Source: Octopus bimaculoides (taxonomy: Eukaryota). From it: 60,645 nucleotides of DNA. The notes beneath the pieces are model-generated. The model searched no databases and was not told the DNA's origin. It worked only from the letters and a program-made list of their open reading frames with translations. A program made the position numbers and the translations under genes. The first letter of the stretch is position 1, and each line of letters starts with the position of its first letter. The DNA is taken from NCBI RefSeq assembly GCF_001194135.2, contig NC_068981.1, forward strand, positions 76,067,087-76,127,731. The letters are read 5' to 3'. Positions 54,600-60,645 of this stretch are shown in pieces.

Positions 54600-55687
54600 T
54601 ATTATAATGATTTTCACTTGTTTTCTGATATGAACGAATTTGACACTTTTAGAGTCAATAGTTAAGCGTATTTATTTATAACAGTATTAATTGTAATTAA
54701 GTATCTATAACCATATATCATCTGGTGGAAGTTTCAGTAATCCAACGCTTAACAATGCTCTGTTAGAGAACGTTGTTGTAAATATTTCCTTTTACTGAGG
54801 CCACTAATTATCTTTGGAAATAAACGCGGGAAATAATTATTTCTTTACACTTCTGAATCTTAGGTGTTTTGCCTATGCAAGAAATCAATATTCTATTCAT
54901 GTTTATGGCGTGCGTACGCAGGAATATTTTAAAATCCAGTATTCTGAATATAATGTCCTGAAGAACGGTATTAGCGCTTTGCTTTGTACAAAGTCAAAGT
55001 CACTGCAGTATTCTTATCACCTCCTCTATATACTTCAGTTAAAGTACACGCTGCTTTTAATTTTCTCTTCACCATTCATAGTTTAACTAGTTTCTCTCAT
55101 TGAACTGCTGCCATGCCGGTACAGGTTCGTTTGCATAATCGTAAGAAAAACTTAAATACTTTCAGGGTATGAATGAACATAATCACACACCTATTTTTAA
55201 TATAGTGGTTAAGTTTAGCAAGAATAATTTTCTGGCTCTTTGTCTTCTTGGAAAACGTAGTATGTTCAACAAGGTATATAGGCATTTTTATGTATCCTGA
55301 TTTAAACGTATACACCAACATATCCATTGAGAAATAAGGAATATCGTAAGTACCTCCCTCTAAAAATAGCACATATGTAGTATACTTGTATATGAATGAT
55401 ATTGATTTTATATGTAGAACCCTCTGGATCGCATTCGGTGATTCATTCTGGATCACATTCTGGATCACATTCGGTGATTGACGAGATATAAACTACGTTT
55501 GTCTTGATTTAACATAGACATGAAATTTTGTACTTCTTAATTAAAGAGACGATCTAGAATTCACTGATTTCACTTCTATAAGTGTGAAGAAGTGAAGTGT
55601 TCCAATTAAGTTTAATTTAAGTGAGAGCTGATTAATTTCATTAAATAAACTAAAGTCAAATTTCCAATACAATGCTATATAAACTGT

Positions 55688-55723
<36 letters not shown>

Positions 55724-55917
55724 GCGTGTGTGTGTATACAATTATACATACACATATACGCAACCACGGAGGGAAACACACGCATGTATTCGAACAAACA
55801 CTCATACACTCAAACGTATACATACATACATACACACACATAAATACACATGCATATAACTGAACATCAGCAATACTGAAAGAAAAAGAACTCAATGCAT
55901 AGTTACAGACATAGTTA

Positions 55918-57132
55918 TCAGGTCATCCCATAAGTTCTGTCCGATTTTACCTTTTTTAAAATTGAATGAAATTTAATAGTAATTTAGAATGTCTAATGGA
56001 ATTAAAAATAATTTTTATGCATTTCTGTACATTTAATCTAATTAAATATTATTTTACAGAATAATAGAACTAAAATTTCTTTGATTAAATCCCTTTCTAA
56101 CATGGAAGTATCCAAAGAGCATTTAAGGCACATAATGCTTTATGAGTACAAAAAAGGAAACTCTGCAGCCGATGCGACTCGAAACATACACCCAGTTTAT
56201 GGGAAATAATGCTTGAATGGAAGAACTTGAAGAAGATGGTTTGCAAAATTCAGAAGTGGAGATTTCAGCTTTGAAAATGTAGATCGAACAGGACGTCCAG
56301 TTGAGTTTGATGATAAGCTCCTTGAGGCATTAGTTGAAGAAATTCCTGCATTATCAGTTGAAGAATCGGCAACAAAGCTTAGTTCAAACTATACAACTGT
56401 TCATCGTCATCTTGAACAACTTGGAAAGGTTCATAACTTGGAAAATGGGTGTCTCATGTCATGCCTTGTCCGAAAGCACCCTTTTTGGATAGACTTGTGA
56501 CAGCTGACGAAAGATGGATCTTCTATCGAAATGTTAAACGTCGTAAACAGTCGCTTGGTAAAAGGGAAAAAGCTCAACCACAATTGAGAAGGGAACTTCA
56601 TGGAAAAATGTTTCTTCTCCCTATTTGGTGGGATTGCAAAGGAGGAATTCACTTTGAATTGTTACCACCTAATGCAACAATCAATGCTGAAGTCTACTAT
56701 CAGCAATTAGAGCGTTTGAACCAAGCTTTGAAGGAAAAAGACCCGCTTTAGTGAATCGAAAAGGAGTGATGTTTCATCAGGACAATGCGTGACCCCACAC
56801 TGNNNNNNNNNNNNNNNNNNNNNNNNNNNNNNNNNNNNNNNNNNNNNNNNNNNNNNNNNNNNNNNNNNNNNNNNNNNNNNNNNNNNNNNNNNNNNNNNNN
56901 NNNNNNNNNNNNNNNNNNNNNNNNNNNNNNNNNNNNNNNNNNNNNNNNNNNNNNNNNNNNNNNNNNNNNNNNNNNNNNNNNNNNNNNNNNNNNNNNNNNN
57001 NNNAGGAGGAGGTCGAAACTGACATGTCAGAGTTCTTTGCTTTGAAACCAAGTTTTACATTGGTGGGATTAAAAGGCCTGTAAATAGATGGAAGGAAGTC
57101 ATAATTCGGACAAAACTTATGGGATGACCAGA
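55918..57132 (+). mobile_element. Near full-length inactivated mariner with TIRs and TA duplication
   Basis: TA 55916-55917, left TIR tcaggtcatcccataagttctgtccg; right TIR cggacaaaacttatgggatgaccaga ending 57132, TA 57133-57134. Transposase from ATG 56102: HLRHIMLYEYKKGNSAADATRNI, WFAKFRSGDF, RTGRP, LVTADERWIFY, IWWDCKG, FHQDNA. Part lies in gap 56803-57003. Confidence 0.92.
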
Positions 57133-57387
57133 TAGATACTTGATAGTTTTGGTCACATCATGAGAGTTCACGAAGGCTAATGTCTATCTTTATCAAATGG
57201 TATCATACAGCTTCCATTTGATCTTGTATTTGAGAACTGTATTTTTAGATCATGACATAAATTCTCACAATTTCAAGAGAGGTTATATTCCAGTCACTAT
57301 CGCTATCATTTTAAATGCTGGGAAACATACCTGTGCTAACCATTTTATCATGTGAAGAGTGTTTCTTTTCTCACCTGTTTATTTTTT

Positions 57388-57465
57388 ATAAACTTGAGCA
57401 TTGATTGTTGCATTAGGTGGTAACAATTCAAAGTGAATTATTCCTTTGCAATCCCACCAGATACA
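57388..57465 (-). mobile_element. Short inverted mariner fragment (WWDCKGIIHFELLPPNATINAQV)
   Basis: 57397-57459 is the reverse complement of 56626-56688 with 2 mismatches in 63 nt. Confidence 0.85.
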
Positions 57466-58050
57466 GACACACTGTTTCCCATCTTGCGTATCTCATCCTC
57501 CTTTGTGGAAAGGATAGTATTGTCGTCTACGAAGACTTTTGAAGCGGTATCTGAAAGCCCCCTCCAAGTTCTGTTAGACCTGACCATCTTATTCGTGCCT
57601 TCGGGATAATCTCCATTGCCAACACAAACAACGTAGGGGTGACTGCACAGCCTATTGCTTTGCCAGATTGATCCAGGCGATTGTGTACTCTTTGTTGGAG
57701 AATCACAAAGTGAAAGCTCGAAAATACGTCTTGAATATTTCTCGGAATGTTCTTTGGAACAATACATCTTAAGAGCTACTTAAATCATCTTGTGTGGGAT
57801 CGAACTTTGGCATTTGCCAGGTCACAGTACGCCACGGCAAGATCGCTTTTCTGCTCCAACATTTTGAATTGCCTCCCAAAGGACTGAAGCATCTTCTACA
57901 GACACCGCGGCAAAAGAGATACTTCATTTCTGAACTGATAAATCCAGGTACTTATTCTCCGTGAGTTACTTAGTTGGCCTTGATACCATTACACAAAATA
58001 TTTTCCCCTTGTCCAGCAGTGATATTGGTCTAAATTGTTTGATGCTGCTT
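57466..58050 (-). mobile_element. Degenerate RT fragment of an early-branching RLE-type non-LTR element (Hero/NeSL-like)
   Basis: Minus strand across frameshifts: RPISLLDKGKIF, ENKYLDLSVQK, SVLWEAIQ, LAVAYCDLANA, GCAVTPTLFVLAMEII, KVFVDDNTIL (FVDD at 57533-57522). The SVQK and GCx(I/V)xPxLFxLAME pattern resembles Hero-type RTs as I recall them. Confidence 0.65.
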
Positions 58051-58541
58051 CAGTTCTATGTTTTGGCATGTATACTCCTTTGGGTTCTCATCGTATATGA
58101 GAAAACAGAAACAATTAGCATTGTACCGATATAAAGAGGTCAACGTGGTGCCGTTTGTTCATGTTCCTGCAGGCGTCACATCTTTTAATTCATGTATATT
58201 CTATTATATGTATACCTTTGCATTGTTTAATACGTGAAATATATTCGACAATCAATGCTTCAGAAGTTGAGAATGAATAAAATTTCCATAAAACAGAATA
58301 TTTCCTATGAATAGTATTAGTTACTGTTTCTTTTAAATAAATGAAATTAAAACATATATTATGTAACGTAAATATCATTCCATGGAAGTGTTACTTCAAT
58401 GGTTTATTTTATAACACATTAATGTTTTGATATTGCATACCAAAATTAGCGCTACAGAAAATTAAAATTCTTTTATGAACATACAAGCACAATTCATCCG
58501 TATGTGTGTATGTGAGTGTATATATACATACATACATACAT

Positions 58542-58574
<33 letters not shown>

Positions 58575-58756
58575 AACATATATATATATGATTTCCAATG
58601 TGTTCCATGCAGGAATAATAATTCGTTTGCTTTGAAATACATTCCAATATGAATATGCACGTATGTATTCTTGTTTGCAATAAATGCATACATTTGTCAA
58701 AATGCCCACGCATACATATCCCTGCATGTAAAGCTATACCTTATGTACGCATAAGT

Positions 58757-58805
<49 letters not shown>

Positions 58806-59004
58806 CTCACTATGCATATATATACATACATAAATATATGTGTATGTGTGCATATATGTATGTGTTTGTATGTGAAAACGTTAATGTTCGAAAATGCAGT
58901 CCATAGATAATTCCTTATTCTCTATATTTCCCATTTTGTCCTGTTTTTTTTTTTTGCGAAATTTATATAAATATTTATATATTTATGTATGTATATACAG
59001 CAAA

Positions 59005-59313
59005 GTCGGGTGGCTAGGTGGTTAAGGTATTCAGGCTACAATTGTAAGGTTGTAAGTTTCGATTCCTAGCGACGCATTGTGTCCTTGAACAAGACACTTA
59101 TATTTCACGAAGATCCAGTCCATTCAGCTAGCAAAGGTAGGGTCAAACGGCCGGTTTTGTTATATTCTGTGTCACGCTTATTCTCCCCGAGAATTACGTT
59201 AAGGATGTGCTTGATTGGGCTGGGCTCTGCCACTTGCACGTTAAATTTCACGGGCAGACAGCTCTGTTGACTGGATCGACTGGAGCACTTGTCATCGTAA
59301 CCGACGGAGTGCC
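59005..59313 (+). mobile_element. SINE with a family C-type head/CORE-like motif and the family B 3' region
   Basis: gtggttaagg...gtttcgattcc head, then tgtgtccttgaacaagacactt, then tgtgtcacgc...ccccgagaattacgttaagg...cttgcacgttaaatttcacg...cgtaaccgacggagtgcc. Confidence 0.7.
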
Positions 59314-59389
59314 GTTTTAAAAATATATATACATATAGTTACATACGTACTCACATATATGGACGCGTAAGCACACACACACACACGCA

Positions 59390-59507
<118 letters not shown>

Positions 59508-59609
59508 AGAATAAGGGCAGGGAATCGTCAATTAATAATAGAATTAATAATTAACAATTTTGCCAAGTAGTTCAGTATGAAAAAACCTTTATCGGTAAAA
59601 CCATTTATC

Positions 59610-59755
59610 ATCATAAATATACAGGGATTAGCATTGAGTTGCTTCTCCAACATACTGAAAATTTAGAAATAGCAGTCAAAGAACTACTGATTCTAAACTA
59701 CAAATTTTTCTCTAAATGGATGGCGATATTTATGGCACACATAGAACAAAAAAAA
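59610..59755. repeat. Second, one-armed copy of the foldback element
   Basis: atcataaatatacagggattagca...tgcttctccaacatactga...ggcgatatttatggcac followed by acatagaacaaaaaa, the reverse complement of the first copy's spacer. Confidence 0.85.
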
Positions 59756-59928
59756 CCGGAGGGGAAAGCATAAACAAAACAAGTCTTTAGTTAATCGGAT
59801 ACGATCGTTTCATGGTTAAGAGAATGAAAAATCCCTATTCCAATCCTCAGTCCGATATTCTGATAAATTTGAAAGTGTCTCTAAAAAATTCACGGTAATT
59901 TTTGGCCATGCGACACCAAAAATCAACG

Positions 59929-60026
59929 ATAATAAATGAGTTACGACGCAAAAACATATATATTGAAGAAGATAAATATGTTCATTTGAATATATACGTT
60001 TTTTTGCGTCGTAACTCCTTTATTAT
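59929..60026. repeat. About 40-bp imperfect inverted repeat
   Basis: ataataaatgagttacgacgcaaaaacatatatattgaa (59929-59967) pairs with ttgaatatatacgttttttgcgtcgtaactcctttattat (59986-60026). Confidence 0.8.
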
Positions 60027-60163
60027 TATTATTAATATGACCAAAAGGATCGATTCTTGAAGAGTCTGCATACCTTCACTGTCGTTTTTTTTCTGCTATT
60101 TTGGTGATGATTTTTGGAGTTAGCTTACCAATTATTTTTGTTGGTAGTTAATTAATAATATAT

Positions 60164-60201
<38 letters not shown>

Positions 60202-60503
60202 AAGGTAGAACAGAAAAACACACAAGAAACGGAAACCGTCAAAAGACATGCGGAATCAAGGACGATAGCACGACAACGCCATACAGGACAAAACAAGATA
60301 CACGGATCATTTGGAGCCAATATCCTCATATATATATTAATAATTCGAGTGAAAAACCTTTGGGATTTATTTTGGAGAAAACCGGTTATGTGAATTTATT
60401 AGTAAGTTTTTGATCCTTATAAATTACAATTATAATTTGAAACATTGAGAATGAAATATTTCGCACCATAGGGGGGAAATCTCGGGATAAGCAGTGTTCT
60501 GGA

Positions 60504-60559
<56 letters not shown>

Positions 60560-60561
60560 AT

Positions 60562-60645
60562 CAGGGGTCGGCGAATCGAAGCACTCCGAGTGAGGTAAAA
60601 TGTGATTTTTGACGGTAACAAGGAGGTAACGTTCGCGTAAATATG
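60562..60645 (+). mobile_element. Possible left terminus of a hAT-type DNA transposon, cut by the window end
   Basis: caggggtcggcgaa after a (TCTA)n run resembles hAT/Charlie termini (CAGGGGTCGGCAA). The partner TIR is not in the window. Confidence 0.3.

Noticed and set aside
55423-55480. Short 12-bp repeats (ctggatcacatt) giving the ORF start MIQNVIQNESPNAIQR
   Set aside because: A small slippage-type repeat with no coding or structural support.
53923-56751. Transposase ORFs (53923-54483, 56449-56751) as candidate domesticated genes
   Set aside because: They carry frameshifts, stops, internal deletions and damaged catalytic motifs, and retain TIRs. They are ordinary dead copies.

Overview
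AT-rich, microsatellite-dense eukaryotic (animal) genomic DNA from a draft assembly with 17 N-gaps (about 5.7 kb), most next to simple repeats. Repeat content and SINE sequences resemble a coleoid cephalopod, most likely Octopus (inference from recognition, not a database search). I can support only one host coding exon: a 243-nt phase 1-1 exon on + (31484-31726) encoding one PAN/apple module. The rest of that gene is outside the window, in gaps, or too short to recognise. Everything else recognisable is decayed mobile DNA: more than 20 units of one tRNA-headed SINE family (family A, several in head-to-tail arrays), two other SINE types (B and C), non-LTR RT remnants of at least three clades (CR1/L2-like, R4/Dong-like, Hero-like), four mariner copies, one Tc1-like copy, and a palindromic foldback element. 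There are no rRNA genes, true tRNA genes or CRISPR arrays. I found no clear new multi-gene system. The best leads are repeat biology: a trimeric SINE inside one target-site duplication whose junction recurs elsewhere in the window, a 99-bp near-perfect hairpin element present twice, an RT/mariner chimera, and SINE head/tail shuffling. Family labels A/B/C are my own. Ends of degenerate elements are approximate.
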